Shown piece after piece: positions 16,459 to 40,876 of a DNA stretch of 64,000 nucleotides. Within the stretch, counting starts at the first letter, position 1. Each line of letters starts with the position of its first letter. The position numbers and the translations under genes are program-made. The notes under the pieces were generated by a model. The model made no database searches, was not told the DNA's origin, and was given only the letters and a program-made list of their open reading frames with translations. The stretch is from the human T2T-CHM13v2.0 reference genome, Homo sapiens. The DNA is taken from NCBI RefSeq assembly GCF_009914755.1, contig NC_060928.1. The stretch is one strand, 5' to 3'.

Positions 16459-16544
16459 TCCATTGAGTTCATGAAGCTGAGTGCAGTCTAATTTAGCACA
16501 ATCCATCGAGTTCATGAAGCTGAGTTCAGTCTAATTTAGCACAA
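16459..16544 (+). repeat. 43-bp tandem duplication (2 copies, 2 mismatches)
   Basis: TCCATyGAGTTCATGAAGCTGAGTkCAGTCTAATTTAGCACAA twice. Confidence 0.95.
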
Positions 16545-16681
16545 TAATTATAGGTAAATATGAAGACTTCTTCACTTAGATCGTTTGTGTTTTGTTTTCT
16601 ACACCCATAAAATGAGCATAATTGTTCCTAAATCAGAGTTCTTGTGAAGATTCCAGGAGATGATATTTGTGAGTGTTGTTA

Positions 16682-17047
<366 letters not shown>

Positions 17048-18909
17048 CTATCATTTCCATACACAACCCCTTCTCTTCATGGAGTACTTTGAGCTGACAT
17101 GTGGGTTCAAATTTTGGACCTGTGTACATAAATGTTTTTGCCTTTCTGTGTGATATGCATATGGAATTCAGTGGGATATGTAGACATAATCAACAACTTT
17201 TAAGTCTTTAAAATATATATAAAGAAGAAACTAGGGAATAGTGCGTTCATGGTAGGGAACTAACTTTTCCACCTATACTATCACTGTATGTGTGTATCTT
17301 TTGGAGGGATGTTCATCTTATTGTGTTGTGAAGCAATTATTCTGAAGGGTTCATAAAAGTAAAGCCTCAGATCTGAGAGTACAGTCTTGTCTGAACGACT
17401 AGGTCTTTCTTGTTGACAATTGCCAAGGAAAGAGGCTAGCCCTCAGATAGGAACATTTTACTAAGTGAGTGGGCTCAAAATTGATGTGAGATGAGATTTG
17501 ATCTCCAAAGGTCAAGGATTCAGAACGTTTAGACGTGTACTGTTAGGTAATTGCTATTAACAAGGGCTCTCCTGATCCATCACATAGTACCAAACAGAGA
17601 GCTAAGAAGGAAGGGCACAGATCAGATCTGTTTTTTGTTTTTTGTTTTTTTTTTCCTCTTCCAGGGTAGCACATGAGTTTTGGAGAGCAAGAAATAGTTT
17701 TAACCCAGGTTATCCAAATTCATGCAATTATTCAGGTTTGTTTCCATTTTTTAAATCCCCTAATCTATAATAAACTATTTTAGTTGTAGTGCAGGAAGTA
17801 AGAAGAGGGTCATTTGTCTATGCATGGGCCAGAATGCCAAAAGGGCTAGCCATAACCCTCCTGCCCCTAGTATGTTTGTCTTAAGGGCAGTCAGTTCAAA
17901 GATCCCAATACCAAGGGAAAGCCAGGGAAAATAGGCAGGACCAAGTGGTCTGTCTCCTGATCATCTGAAAATTCTCCTTATAATGCTAAATTTGAAGATC
18001 AGGGTTATATTTCTGTAAAGAAAAACAGAATCCTAACACATATGATTCATTGCTTTATCCACAGAGCCTTCCTAGGACATGGTGCTTCCTAAGAATTTGT
18101 AGAATAAATAAATGAGCCATTACATATTTATTGAGATTTGTTTTGCTTTGTTCCTTTCACTTTGTTTTATAGCTAGCCTGTAAGCTACGGTCCAGGTGAC
18201 TTTTATTCATGTTCAACTCAACATCCATTGAGCACCTTCCATGAGCAAGGAACTGAGCTAGCTGCTGCGGATACGTAAGAATGAATAAGACATGGCACCT
18301 TGCTTTAAGGAGCTAAAGTCTAGTGGCTGAGATAGATATGGACATAAAGAACTCTCTTTTTAGTGTGTAACCACAGGGATATCTGAAGTTTCCTACCTTA
18401 TTGCCTTTCTTTTTGTACACATTTTTCAGTTTCTCTCTCCCTTAAGAACACTTGTGCATTTGTGCTTCATCTTCCTTGCCTGACTCACTCCCTTGACACC
18501 ATTCTTATATTCTTTCGTATCAACTATTCTTATTACTCTAACAGCTCGTTCCTCTGTTTTAAAAAGCTTTGAGTACATCCTTCTTGACTGGAGAAAAGAC
18601 TCCCCTAGATACTTTTCTTTGATTATCTTTCAAGTCTGGTTTCTTTTCATTTTCCTTCAAGTTCTTCTGTACTTCAAGTTGACTGTTATTAACTTTTGGT
18701 AGAATGACATTCTCCAGATTTTCCCCAGAAGAAAATCTAGTGTATGTTTTAGTATATGTTTTATTTATTTATTTATGTATATGTTTTATTAGTAAAGTGG
18801 AAAGTCTGAGCCTAATGTGTTGTTGTTGTTGTTGTTTTTAACCTTGAACACATAACATATTACAGAAGCTGGTTAAAATTCTTAATGGTGGACATAGGCA
18901 CACTGTTTA

Positions 18910-21455
<2,546 letters not shown>

Positions 21456-22265
21456 CCCATAAACAAATTTTTAAAAAACCTTTTCTTTCCCATGCCTTTG
21501 ACACAAGACTAGACTCCAACTATCAAAAAAGTTTCTTTCTACAACAGTGTAAGATAAAAATATAAAATATAGTGCCTCAAACAGAAATATATCAGCATCC
21601 TTTCACAGAATAGGGCCTGATCCAAGATGATTAATAAATGCAACAGGCTCTTCATGTACTTCTAGAATTTAGCACTGGGTTTTGTTCTGGCTATTGGAAA
21701 GTCTTCTGATCTAAAACATCTTATGAGCAGTTCACATGGAGGATATAGCATGTTTTACTCAGAAATGAAGCTAAATTGTTAATCCTGCCTTTGATGTTTC
21801 TTGTACATTGTTCTTCTATTTTTCTGTTCTCAGTAGTAATTTCTTGGAAGCCATAAAGGATTGTTAAGCACCTAATCATGCTATATTTTATATATTTATC
21901 TTAAAAACATTGTCCTTTTTTTTCAAATTTTGTTTATTTCCTTAGGATGCTTACATTTTCTAGAAGCCTCTTCCCCTGCTATAGAGCCCTAACCTGAATA
22001 TAGACCCAGGTCCTTAGTTAACTCTGCTTAGTCAGCGAGCTATGCGATTCTGGGAGAGTCTCTTCATTTCCTGGGCCTCAATTTTCTTATTGATAAAATG
22101 GGAAGTTTGGCCTTCATGGCCTCTCAGGGCATTCATTCTTAAATATTCATTGACATAAAGCAAGTGTTCAAAAGTACTTATTGAGTGAATAAATATTAAC
22201 ATGTTTTTTACTCGCATGTCTGGCCAGAATTATGAGCATCTCTCTGACATCAGTAGAATGAGAGA

Positions 22266-22650
22266 GCTGGGCACAGTGGCTCACACCTGTAATCCTAGCA
22301 CCTTGGGAGGCCAAGGTGGGCAGATCGCTTGTGAGCCTAGGAGTTTAAGATGAGCCTGGGCAATATGGCAAAACCCCATCTCTACAAAAAATTTAAAAAT
22401 TAGTCAGTCGTGGTGGCATAGGCCTGTAGTCCCAGCCTCCTGAGTAGCTGGGATTATAGGCATATGCCACCACACCCGGCTAATTTTGTATTTTTAGTAC
22501 AGCCAGGGGTTCTGGGGTTCCTACTCGGGAGGCTGAGGTGGGAGGATCACCTGAGCCCAGGGAGGTCAAGGCCTTGAGGCTACTGCGCTCCAGCCTGGGC
22601 AACAGAGTGAGAAAAACTCTGTATCAAAAACAACAACAACAACAACAAAG
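22266..22650 (+). mobile_element. AluJ-like element containing an internal antisense Alu fragment (~22437-22520)
   Basis: Sense Alu breaks after gtagtcccagc and resumes at ctactcgggagg. Confidence 0.9.
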
Positions 22651-23107
22651 CATCAAAATAAACAAAATAGAATGAAAGAACTGGCTGGGAAAGGGATCAT
22701 GTTAAACACTTGCCTGCTGGAAATATCCAACACGCAGTGTCATAACATCTGAGTTTGGGAATTATTAACAGGATTACACAAAGCCCCATGAAGAGTGGTG
22801 ACAAGGCTTTGACAATGAAGTTACCTTGAAGTCTTCAACTTTTACTTTTAAGGATCTCACCAAGACTAGAGAGGGAATTAACAGATATACTCTGTACCCA
22901 GCTTCTCATACAGCAGTGTGGCACAGAAGCACAACAGACAACTGACCAACTGGGAGAGGCATATACTGTTGGCAGTCTTTGGGTAACTTAAGATTCTTTT
23001 AAGCTTTCATCAATTATAGCAGAGGTTTGACTGTCAAATTTGCCAGTACTTTGGAAATTTCTACTTTCTCAGATCACATAACAGGGCATAGAGAAAAAAA
23101 TGTGTAG

Positions 23108-23927
<820 letters not shown>

Positions 23928-26604
23928 AATTATTCTTTATTTTCTAAAGTAGATTTTATGAATATGGCATAAATTTATAGGCATTTGGAAGAAAATTATT
24001 TTCATTTGCTTCTATCCTTTCACAAATATTTTATTATTGTGTCCACAGATTTTGGAGTTCCTAGTTTTTTTTCAAAGGGTACACTATATTCTTGATACAT
24101 AGCAGATGATCAATATGTGTTTGTTGAATGAATGCATTAAATAAATCTTCATCTTCTATTCTGAAGCCACAGTAACTTTTAGGAGAGAAAGATACTAGTT
24201 TGGTCACTGAAACAGGATTTTTTACTGCTGTTACCTAAAAGGAGGTAACCTAAATGATTTTACAATGTCTTTAAAATTACCTATTTATTTTCTGGAATTA
24301 GTTTATATAATAAAAAAAATCAATCTAACAAATAAGTTGCATATGATATTTCAGTTTCTAAAGAATTTATTAAATAAAGCATTTTATGTTAACAAACATC
24401 TTTCATATTATTTCATTAACTATTCCTTACAACTACTCCTCTGGTGCTGTTATCTGAGTTAGAAGGGAATGATTAAATGAATGAATGGATGCATGATTAA
24501 GTTCTTTGCTTAAGATTCCAAAGGCAAGGAATGGCAAGGACAGATTTAGTATTTATTGACCCTGTCTCCCCCACACTGCTTCTTGGCCCCCTGAGCCCTG
24601 TTGTCTCCTCAAAACAAAGAGGTGGCAGTGCAATACTTTTTTTCCCCCATGGCAGTAAATAAGTGGATCATTTGTTCTAGTAAATGCTTGGCAGGAAGAC
24701 ATGAAAGACTAAGCCAGTTAAGAAATGTCTGCTTACTACAGGTATGGTTGAGTATCTTGGTTTACAACCTATTTATAGTAAATTTTATGATTACCATCAA
24801 CGAGGCTTTGCAGTCTTTAAATGTACAAACTTACATTTCTTCTCCAATGCCAAAAATAATCTCTCCCTATTCTGTGCCTGGAAAGAGAGAGACAGACTTA
24901 GAGGAAAAAAAGGAAGATTGAGAGACTGAAATAGATTGAGAGAGAAAAAGCCATTGGGAAAGTGAGAGAAAGAGAGAGGCTATAAGCAAAGTTTAAATGG
25001 ATCTGAAATACTGAAATGTCTTGACTGTATTTTTTTGAGTTTTATATTTTAAAATTGATAGAATGGTCTTTACTAAAAGATACTGGTATTGATAGATACA
25101 CTTTGAAGAAAGAAAGGGAAAATTAACTTTTTGGAAATAGATCAGCTTTTACTAAATTTATTTTCCTTTCTTTTCCTTCTCTTTTTTTAATTGAGTCTTT
25201 TCCTCTAGTGTTTTAGAATTAAGCTAGTTGCTGTAGGGGAAAAGCTGTTTGTATGCAGAAATGAGTGTCCTGTCTCCCCACTGGTCCTCACCCCTCCCTC
25301 CCCCTCCCGCCAATTCACTGGATGTTCACATGAATTTTTAGGAATTTTTTTTGGCTTTGAATATTTACCTCTTGTGTTCTGAACAGCATTTTTCCTTCCA
25401 CCTATTGTACATGTGAATTAGGTGCTCACAGCTACATTTACAAGCTGTTCTGGAAACTACAAGTTTCCTTTGGGCACGCAACTCTTAGAACACAAATCAT
25501 CCTTAGCGGATTGTGCTTGGTACCTCTTCTAAGTCTAAGCACCCAGTGCAGGTGGTTGGCTGATATCAGTGTTGAATTACAACTTTTAACTAATAGACAC
25601 AAAATCCCTGTTATTTCATAGTTCTTTTTAGAACATGAATGTTCTTTATTTCTGGATTTTTTTTTTAATTCCAAACTCTTGTTCTTAGCTTTATATGATT
25701 ATTTGTGCCCAAGCATTTACCAGCATTATGTCTCAGTGTAATCACTGATAATGTACATAATTATTGTGCTGGCTTTAATTCTCTACTAAAATTTAAATAT
25801 ATTTGAGGTGTTATTAATAATCATTTACAATGTTCTTTTGATTCTTAATATGGAACAAATTCTGCTGGATAACCTTATATAAACCAGCGATTTGATTTAC
25901 TGAAAGTAAACCTAAGTAATGAAAATTCCTACCCCTTGGGCCTATGCATTATTTTAAATGTCAAAATCTGCCTAGGCAAATTAACTATATTCCCTTCCCA
26001 GGTAGTTAGTTACAACTAGAAATGAAGAAAAAATTGAAGTACTCTTATTTAAATACTGTTATGGAATTAAATAAATTTGTCTTGAGTTTCTAATATAAAA
26101 TGTCTAATAGAAGTCCCTCTGTACCAAAGATGCAGCCTACTTACACACTTTTGTCTGGGAAAAGATAATTTAGAAATAATTGCTTTCAGTATTGTTGTAC
26201 TATAAAGTTCTAGTTTTCTCTTCTTTTAAAGAACGCAGCAGGTATCACTAACTTTTATGGGTGTCAAACGAGCATTGTAGTGAAACTATTATTGTTTCTC
26301 CCTTGTTTTGATTAAAATCCTTCAATCCCCAAGGACTGCTGTGATAAGTCAAGGTCCTTAGCCTAGCAGGCAAGGGCTGCTTTTCCTGCTGGGTCTCCCA
26401 CGAATCCTCTTCGGTTTTCAAACATCCAAAAACACTTGCTTTTCCAGAACTCTCTTAGACAGTCCCTGCTTTTGTAAATGTTAACCTTCACCCGGAATCC
26501 CCTTCCCCCTTGGCCTTCCATTACAAATTCTTTCCATTACAAACTCAGCTGTGAAGGCCTCCCAAATACCAACTTCCTTTCCACTAACTTTTGATTCCAC
26601 TAGG

Positions 26605-26780
26605 GCAGTGGTTCTCTAAGTGTGGTTCCTTACAGGCAGCATCAGTCACCTGGGAACTTGTTAGAACTAGAAATTCTCTGATCACACCTCAGACCTACTG
26701 AATTAGAAAGTCTAGGAGTGGGTCTATTAATATGTTTCTTTTAACAGGCCCTTTCAGTGATTCTGACTCACAGCTCTAGG
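26605..26780. mobile_element. MER5A-like hAT-Charlie element
   Basis: cagtggttctc...gcagcatcag-cacctgggaacttgttagaa...agacctactgaattagaa. Confidence 0.8.
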
Positions 26781-27531
26781 GCAGAGAGGACTTATATTCA
26801 TCTCAATATCCTCAGACTCTCACTTGTTTTCATAGTAGGTGCTCAATAAGGCTTCCATCTGAACAAACAAAACAAAAAGTTGCCTAAAATTGGTTAACTA
26901 CAATATAAACCACCCTGAAGTCAATTTGTCCAAAGCTTATTTACTTAATGGTCCTGCTGTTAATGACCAATTTACCTAAAATGCAGTCTCCTTTGAGTGT
27001 TTTTTACGTCCTTATCAGTTTTCACACCTACACCTTCCATACGCCACTAATGAAATCTCAACTCTCATTTGAAACCTGAGATTCTCCTGATCTGGGCTAG
27101 GTCATTTTGTCTTCTTTGTTCCCATAGTGAGTTAGCTATAGGCTTCTCCCATAACTGTGAGTTTTTGTGGGCAAACTACTCTTATTTTTATTGTTATGTC
27201 TTATACAATATCTTTTGTTGCAAAGTAGATATTTCAAAAATGCCTGTTGATGTCATTAACAGTATAATATAATAGTTCACAGTATGGACTGGAGCCAAAA
27301 CATGTTTAAATGCCACCTCCTTTGCTTGCTAGTGTTGTGATTTTGGGAAAGTTTTTTTTTTTTTTTTAAATCATCTATGCCTCAATCTCCTTATCTGTAA
27401 AATGGACATAATATAATAGTACTCACCTCATAGCATTATCATAGGATAAAATGAATATATATGTGAAGTTCCTAGAGCAGTTTCAGGCATATAGTAAATA
27501 CCATATAAGAGTTCATTATTATTTTCTTTAG

Positions 27532-27835
<304 letters not shown>

Positions 27836-27879
27836 TGTCTTGTTTTTTTAATGGTCAAAAACCTAGCAAAATTTTATGT

Positions 27880-28300
27880 GCAAAAATACTCATTTTAGTA
27901 TTATTAACAATAGTGGAGTTGTTTACATATTCTGAATACAAGTCTCTTATAGGGTATTTGGCTTGCCAATGTTTTCCCCCAAGAGGTGGCTTGTCTTCTC
28001 ATTCTCTTTACATAGAGCATTTTTTTTTTACTTTAATAAAGTCCAGTTTATCCATTTTTTCTTTTGTAGGTTTCATGACTTTGGTGTTATATCTAAAATC
28101 TCATTGCCAAACCCAAGGTCACCTAGATTTTCTTCCATGTTTTCTTCTAGAAGTTTTACAGTTCTGTGTTTTACATTTAGGTCTACAATTCATTTTGAAT
28201 TAATTTTGTGTAAGATGTGAAGTGTGTGTCAAGGTTCATTTTTGTGCATATAGATGGTCAATTGGCCTGGCACCATTTGTTGAAAACACTATTCTTCTGT
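27880..28300 (-). mobile_element. Old L1 (L1M) fragment
   Basis: L1 antisense motifs: ttggtgttatatctaaaa, cattttgaattaattttgtgta, caccatttgttgaaaa. Confidence 0.85.
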
Positions 28301-28479
28301 TTTTAATGTTAAATTGCATCCTTCCTCTCATGAGAAAACACTCTTTTCTATGACTCAGTATTGTACTTCTCTTGAATAGAGGAAAGCTCTTTATTTAACT
28401 CAGAATCAGTGGTTAGTCATATAAAACGACAACTACATAACTTAAACATTCTTTTCACTTAAAATGTATAAAACTTGTT

Positions 28480-29920
<1,441 letters not shown>

Positions 29921-29999
29921 TTTTTCTTTCTTGTATACACATTTCATCAGGAAGCATAAACAGATTTTTAAAATAATGGACTTTTTCATTTTTATTCTA

Positions 30000-30281
<282 letters not shown>

Positions 30282-30383
30282 GAACTCTTAAGTATAAAAC
30301 TCTACTAGTGGGAGAAATGGTGGGTAGACTGGAGAACAGATTACTAGATGAATTTTCAGGGTACTGTGTATCAGTATGTTTAT

Positions 30384-30931
30384 TGAAATGAAATTTCCCC
30401 TCAGGGTTGACAAGAATTGCATGTCGGTTCTGGACAGAAATATAGTTATATTTAAGTATTAATCGGGCTGCACATTAACCCACTTCCTTGTTGCTCAAAG
30501 TCACTAGATACTGATCATTTGCATCCCCATTGTTCCTGCAGATAGCATCTCTGGCATTAGAATTATACTGCTTTTGCTTAAGGATTTCTTAAGATGTTTT
30601 TCAGATCCCGAATTCCAGAGAAACAGCTGACGCCAACCAGTTTGAAGACCCTCACAGAGGAATGGAATCAGCATGAGAATACAGCTTCTTCATTTCCCTG
30701 TCCTGTGACTTCACCCTGCACTCTTTAACCAATCAATGATCTCCATACTTCGGCCCACTCCAAAACCGTTAAAATCCCTAGCCCCAAACTTTTCAGTGAG
30801 ATGGCTTTCAGGTCACCTCCTGTTTCTTTATTTGGTGGCCTTACACTTAAACCACTTTCTCTGCTGCAACCCAGTGTCTCGGCATATTGAGTTGCCTTGT
30901 GCACTGGCCACGGACCTATTAAGATTGTACA
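30384..30931 (+). mobile_element. ERV1/MER4-group solo LTR (LTR26/LTR8-like)
   Basis: TG...CA ends, CCAAT-like and cttaaa motifs, similarity to recalled MER4-group LTRs. Subfamily uncertain. Confidence 0.7.
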
Positions 30932-30966
30932 AAGGCACTGGAAAGGGTCAGTGAATTTGGTTAGTT

Positions 30967-33342
<2,376 letters not shown>

Positions 33343-33452
33343 AATTGATTACATCAAAGTTGATTAATAGGGTGCATACTACAATTGCAATAAAACCATG
33401 TTTTTCTTTATCATTTTTAAATCAGTAGTGACTATAACATGGCTAAGTTTGA

Positions 33453-34637
<1,185 letters not shown>

Positions 34638-35092
34638 TAAGAATTTAGTCAAACCCTTACAAGTGGTAATTTCAAAGGTTTGGCCTGGTGTTTTTGGCTA
34701 ATAGAGCAACTATTAAGAGGTTTATTCTTCAACTGTAGATCTATTTCTTACTGAACATAATTTAAAAAGGAGTGGGACTCTGCAAACTCAAGTGTCTGCA
34801 GAGTCTAGGCAGATATTGTGAATGAGTAAAATGCCTAGAGAGGCAATGCAGTGTGATGAGGACTGTGTATCTGGGAAGTTGATCGCCCATCTAAAAATTG
34901 CAATGTCTATTCAGCTCCAGTGGATCATAGCTATGTAGAAATATGGCTTAATCTGACTATTTTCAAAATAAGACAGAAATCTAGATCTTAAGGTTAATCA
35001 TCAGCTCCATTAAAAAATATTTGTAGGCCAATACTGTATTAACAAAGTATTGTTAAGTAACTGTCTCTGAGAATTCATATTTTTCCTTAGGA

Positions 35093-35096
<4 letters not shown>

Positions 35097-35140
<44 letters not shown>
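35097..35140 (+). repeat. (GT)22 microsatellite
   Basis: Read directly. Confidence 0.97.
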
Positions 35141-35142
<2 letters not shown>

Positions 35143-35699
35143 AATCTAATAGTTATCCACTAGACAACTGAAATAACAAAGAGGCATTTTCTGCAACTCA
35201 CACTAGAGGGAAAAGTTAAAGAGTATCAGACTGTAGTGTCTATGGTCCTCTGGGATTGTTCTGTGGGTCTTGGAGAATGCTAATGAACATAAAGAACTGT
35301 CTTGTTGGGAGTTCCCAAGGCATTCGTCTTGACTGAACAACTCTAGATATTGAATATGTACTGTGTTGGAAGCGGTGTAAATCATAGGGTAAGGCCATTC
35401 TTTCTATGTAGAGAAAAAGATTTTGGCAAAGACTGCCGTAGCATTGCACATTGTGAGTAAGTTGAAGGTAGTATTCTTATTGTAAGACACAGACCTCGGC
35501 ATAGATTTAAGAACTAAAATTAACCATAAGAGGACGTGCTGAAAATGGTTTGACTTCTTGCCTGCATTTCCTTTGGAATTTGGAAATTGTTATTATTAGC
35601 ATAGTGTTAACTTTTTTTTTTTTTTTGGCCAATGTAAGTAATTATCTTTGTTTATCCCACCTCTTCAGTTAAAATCTGATTTAGCAATATATTGACTAG

Positions 35700-35900
35700 G
35701 TGTCTGTAATAGCCAGAGACAGAGCAGGAAACAGGTGGTAAACTCAAATAATTTAACTGAAGAGAGTTTAAAAGGGGTACTATTTACTGAGGTGTGGGCA
35801 GGGTTAAGGGCACCAATAAGGGATTGAAATAAATGTGGACAGGCAAGCGTGGGAGCTACAACTGCACCTAGGCCACAAGGAACAAAGGGAGACACAGTGT
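35700..35900. mobile_element. Old ERVL-type LTR fragment (LTR33-like)
   Basis: gaagagagtttaaaaggggtactatttactgaggtgtgggcagggttaaggg resembles the recalled LTR33 motif. Confidence 0.5.
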
Positions 35901-38064
35901 TATTGGAACACTCACAGAATTGCCTTCCCTTTCATACTGGTCCTGTGCCCTTCAAACATTCTCACTGTCCTTAGGATGAACCACTCCTCAGAGCCACGCA
36001 AAGACCCCCTGAAGAAGTCAGGACATTCTCTGTATGTCCAGCTTGTATGTGAATCTCAGGGTGCACACCGCTTGCATTTAATGAAGCCCTCCTATTATAC
36101 AGTTGCTACTTCCTGAATCCTTTCAGTGTGCAGTATACATGGTGAGTTGTGGTAATGCTACAAAACTCCCCACCCTCACCGTAAACCACGGAAGGCGTCT
36201 GGCCTCTTCCTATAGCAGAGCTTTGAGAACTTGGGCATCTTACTCTCCCTAGCCTTCTGTAGCTTTCCCTCTGGGTAGGTTCAGAAGAGCGATGCATTCT
36301 TGTGTTTTCATGAAGAATTACATGTCATATACCATTTATGATGGTACGAACTAAGAAAAGATAGGAAGTTACCAGCACATATTTTAGAGCCTAGATTATT
36401 ACAGTTTAAAGATATTTTATTTACTCTTTTACTCATATACCTATGCCCAGTTGATATTTTTTTCCTTTGACCTTTGGAGAAATCTTTTTTTTTGTTGTTT
36501 TTTATTCTCTAAATACAATCTATTTTTCCTAATGGCTCAGGATGCTAATTACTTTTCTTCCTCACCTTGGACCCCTGTGTAGTTCTTTGATCTGTTTTGT
36601 TTTGTTTTGTTTTTGTTTGTTTGTTTGCTAAGGCCTAGAGCTCTTTCATTTCTCCCAGAGGAGCCAGAAAAGCAGCTTTTATTTTCTATTAAATATTAAC
36701 CCTTAACAATTATCCACAGTTGTTTAGAATAAATTGTCAAGATGTCATTGAAGCTGGGGAACAGCAATGGAGAATTGTGTGCCATAAAAATACTGTCACC
36801 CCTATTTTCAGATAGAGAAACTGAGGCACATAACTTGCTGGGGTTGACCATGCCAAGAAAGCCTGACCAGAACCTCTGGCCTCCTGATTATTAAAGGCCC
36901 CTCTACTCTGAGTCTCTTTTCTCTCCATTCCCCTCCCATCCTACCTTACCTTATTTCCTCCAAGACCACTACTACCCTACATCTACCACTTAATAACTAC
37001 AAGAAGAAGAAAAATGCTAACCTGGAAGGAACAACAGAAACATCAGTAGATGGAATAAAATAGTTTAGGCAAGATGCAGTGCTACTGTGCACAGGCGAAT
37101 ATTGGAGTATTTGAACTCAATATTGTCCAGATAAAAATGACTAAGAAATAATTCCCAAGTTTCTCTGAAAACCCTGGGCTCATTTCCTGAAGCAGTAGAA
37201 AAGAGATACCTAGAGATAGAGAAAAAAACCCTGAGGCTGGAACTTGGCAAGGAACTCAGGCTCAGTTTGACCTAATCTAAAAGAAAGACAGGACCTGAAA
37301 GGAGAGTAAAAACAAAATGTCAAGTTCACTTCGAAGTGAACAAAACAATAAAGCCACACAGTACATAAGGGAGGAAGAGTGTCATATCCTTTCAATTGCT
37401 TACTGCCTCCTCTTGTGAGTTACGCACACTCTCTACAAAAATAAGATGTCCTCGTGAGAATTGCTTTGTCAGTATTGTTACTTTTCTCAGGTCTACAAAG
37501 TTTTAAAAATATGTCTATCCATATTTTAGATAAATGTTTCAAACAAGTTTTACCTCCTCATGCATTAGAAATAAAAAAAAATAACTCTAGTGTTTTGTTG
37601 GCACTTGTGATTTATATGCGTGGCTTTGACGATCAAAAAATAGTGTAATGTACTTACATGTTACTTACTTTCTCCTATACACTCTGATGTTATCTGGCCA
37701 TTCTCTAATTTAATACATCAGCACCGAAATATTGAGTCACGGCTGAATATATGTGGAAATACCAGAGTTTCTGGGTAGCAGTGAAGCAGGAAGAGGGTGT
37801 GGTGGTCAGATGCATTGGCTTTGGTGTCAGAATCTAACACTAGCTTGTGGACTTTGGCAGGTCACTAATTTCTTAGGGCCTCAGATTTTTCATCCATGAA
37901 ATGGGGATTAAGCACAATACCATACACAAAGTTACTAGCACCGTGTCCAGCATGCAATATGTGTGTGATACATGTAAAATAGCTGTTAAGATCCCAGACT
38001 CTGTAGGCAGGCATCCTGGGTTCAGATCCCAACCAACTACTTACTAACTGGGTAAGTTACTTAA

Positions 38065-38397
<333 letters not shown>

Positions 38398-38540
38398 GAC
38401 TCTGTTCTTTCATCTGTAAACTGTGAATAATTATAGTACCTATCTCATAGGTTTGATGTGAAGATTTAAATAGTTAAAATAATAAAGCCCTGGCACACAG
38501 TAAGTGTTCAATAAGCATTAGCTATTATTATTCTAAAATT

Positions 38541-38814
38541 GTGCTGTCCAATGTGGTAGCCATATGTGGCTACTGAGCTTTTGAAATGTAGTTAGTCCTA
38601 ACTTTGATGTGCTCCAAGTGTAGAATACACATCAAATTTAAATACTTAATATAAAAAAGAATGTAAAATATTTTAATAATTTTTATATCAATTATAGTTA
38701 AACATACTGAGTTAAATTACTATAATTAATTTTACTTGTTCCATTTTAATATAGCTACTAGAAAATTAAAAAGTACATGTGTGGCTTGCATTATATTTAT
38801 ATTGGACAGTGCTG
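38541..38814. mobile_element. MER33-like hAT-Charlie element
   Basis: TIR-like gtgctgtccaat...attggacagtgctg; internal gtagcca-atgtggcta. Confidence 0.8.
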
Positions 38815-40336
38815 TTTTTTAGAATTTAGAAATCTTAAAGCAAAAAGTTCATCAAAAAGAACCTTAGCTTTTGGTTTAGTTCAAAATGTAGGATATTCGT
38901 GGTACACTTTTTGTCATAAAATATTGAGGACAAGCAAGGGAATTACAAAGTAGTAAGTGAAGCCATTAGAACTGCCAAAGAAGTTAATACAATTTTAGGT
39001 TGCATTAATTTTTCCAGAACCCAGTGTTCTTTTCTCCTCTGGAGTGTTTTGTTCAGCTGTGGGATTACATTTTAAGAGAGACATAGGCATCTAGAGTATA
39101 TCCTTCATAAATCTCCTAGTAAGATGAGAGGTTCTCATCACCACACCATGAAAGGGAGGAACTGTGAGTGGTTAAAAATAGGGACATATTCAGCCAAGTG
39201 AGGAGAAGACTTAAAGGGAGACATGATAGCTATTCTCAAACACCAGAAAAGTTGCCATGTGGAAATGGAATTGACGTGAATGGTTCATTTAGTCCAGGTT
39301 ACAAGGACTATTTAAGCTTTCAATACATATAACAACTTTTTAACAATTAGAGTTGCCCCCAAATGGAATGAACTACCTTACAGAATATTCCAGACTGTAT
39401 CACCAGAAATTTAAACAGAGAATTATAGGGAGGTAGGTAGATGAAGACTTCCAAAAGCTTTTCAAACTCTGAGATTCCATGATTAAGGTTTTGCCACTAA
39501 TTCTGGAATAGAGCTGCCAATACAGCATTAAAATCAGAATAACTAGAGTCCCACAGTTTTAATTAGTTTTTTTTAAAGAAGATATAGAAATTCACTGGTG
39601 CTAGCTCAAGAAAACAGGGATATTGTAGACATATATATGGTAGATAGGGATCTCACAAGAATGCAGGGAAAGGGATAGAGATACAGCAGGCTTGTTGGAA
39701 ACTTTAACAGGAACTGAGGCAGCATTTGCTATCTTTCTCTCATAGGCTGCTTGATTTCTTTCTTTCTTGCGGTATCTCTGCTTTTCTTGCCATCCTTATT
39801 CCCTTATATTATTGCAACTCACTGGCTTCCTGTAACTTCACTCACTCGTCATTTCTGTTCCCTAATAGTTTCAGATTGCCTTTCAAGGCCGTTCTAGCAT
39901 GGAATTTATTCTATGACCCTGGAGCTTGAATTTTCCCACCTGAGTGTTTCAGTCTTTCATTTTCCCAACTTTGGTTTTGTGAGAGGAATAATTGATCTAG
40001 TTTTTCTTTTCAAGGCAGGTCACTGGCCATGTATGGGTGGGCTTTCCTTGGGTCAGATGGCTTCCACTGATCCAAATATCCTGGGCTGGGGAATTTTATT
40101 TATGTGAGAGGAGGCAGTTTCTACCAGAAGCAGATGTGGGTGGGGCAGGAAGCTAATGGTATTTTTAGTATCTCTATTGAAAGACGCTGAAAGATGGAGG
40201 CAATGGAGTTTACTCCCAGAAATTTGTGAATCTACTTAAACTTATTCTATTCCCTGTATTAGAAGGAGCCTATTTAAAAGGTTCTGGTTTGGGATTAATG
40301 ATAGGTATGTGAGTTTTGCTCTCAAATATGCTCTAG

Positions 40337-40810
<474 letters not shown>

Positions 40811-40876
40811 CTCTAGGATGAATTGGTTTGGTTTAGGCCTCCTAAAAATTACTGAAGACTTGCACTTGAAATCTTC

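Noticed and set aside
24480-25700. Apparently repeat-poor stretch with short ORFs, as a possible hidden exon or enhancer
   Set aside because: No recognisable protein or convincing splice pair; cannot be supported without conservation or expression data
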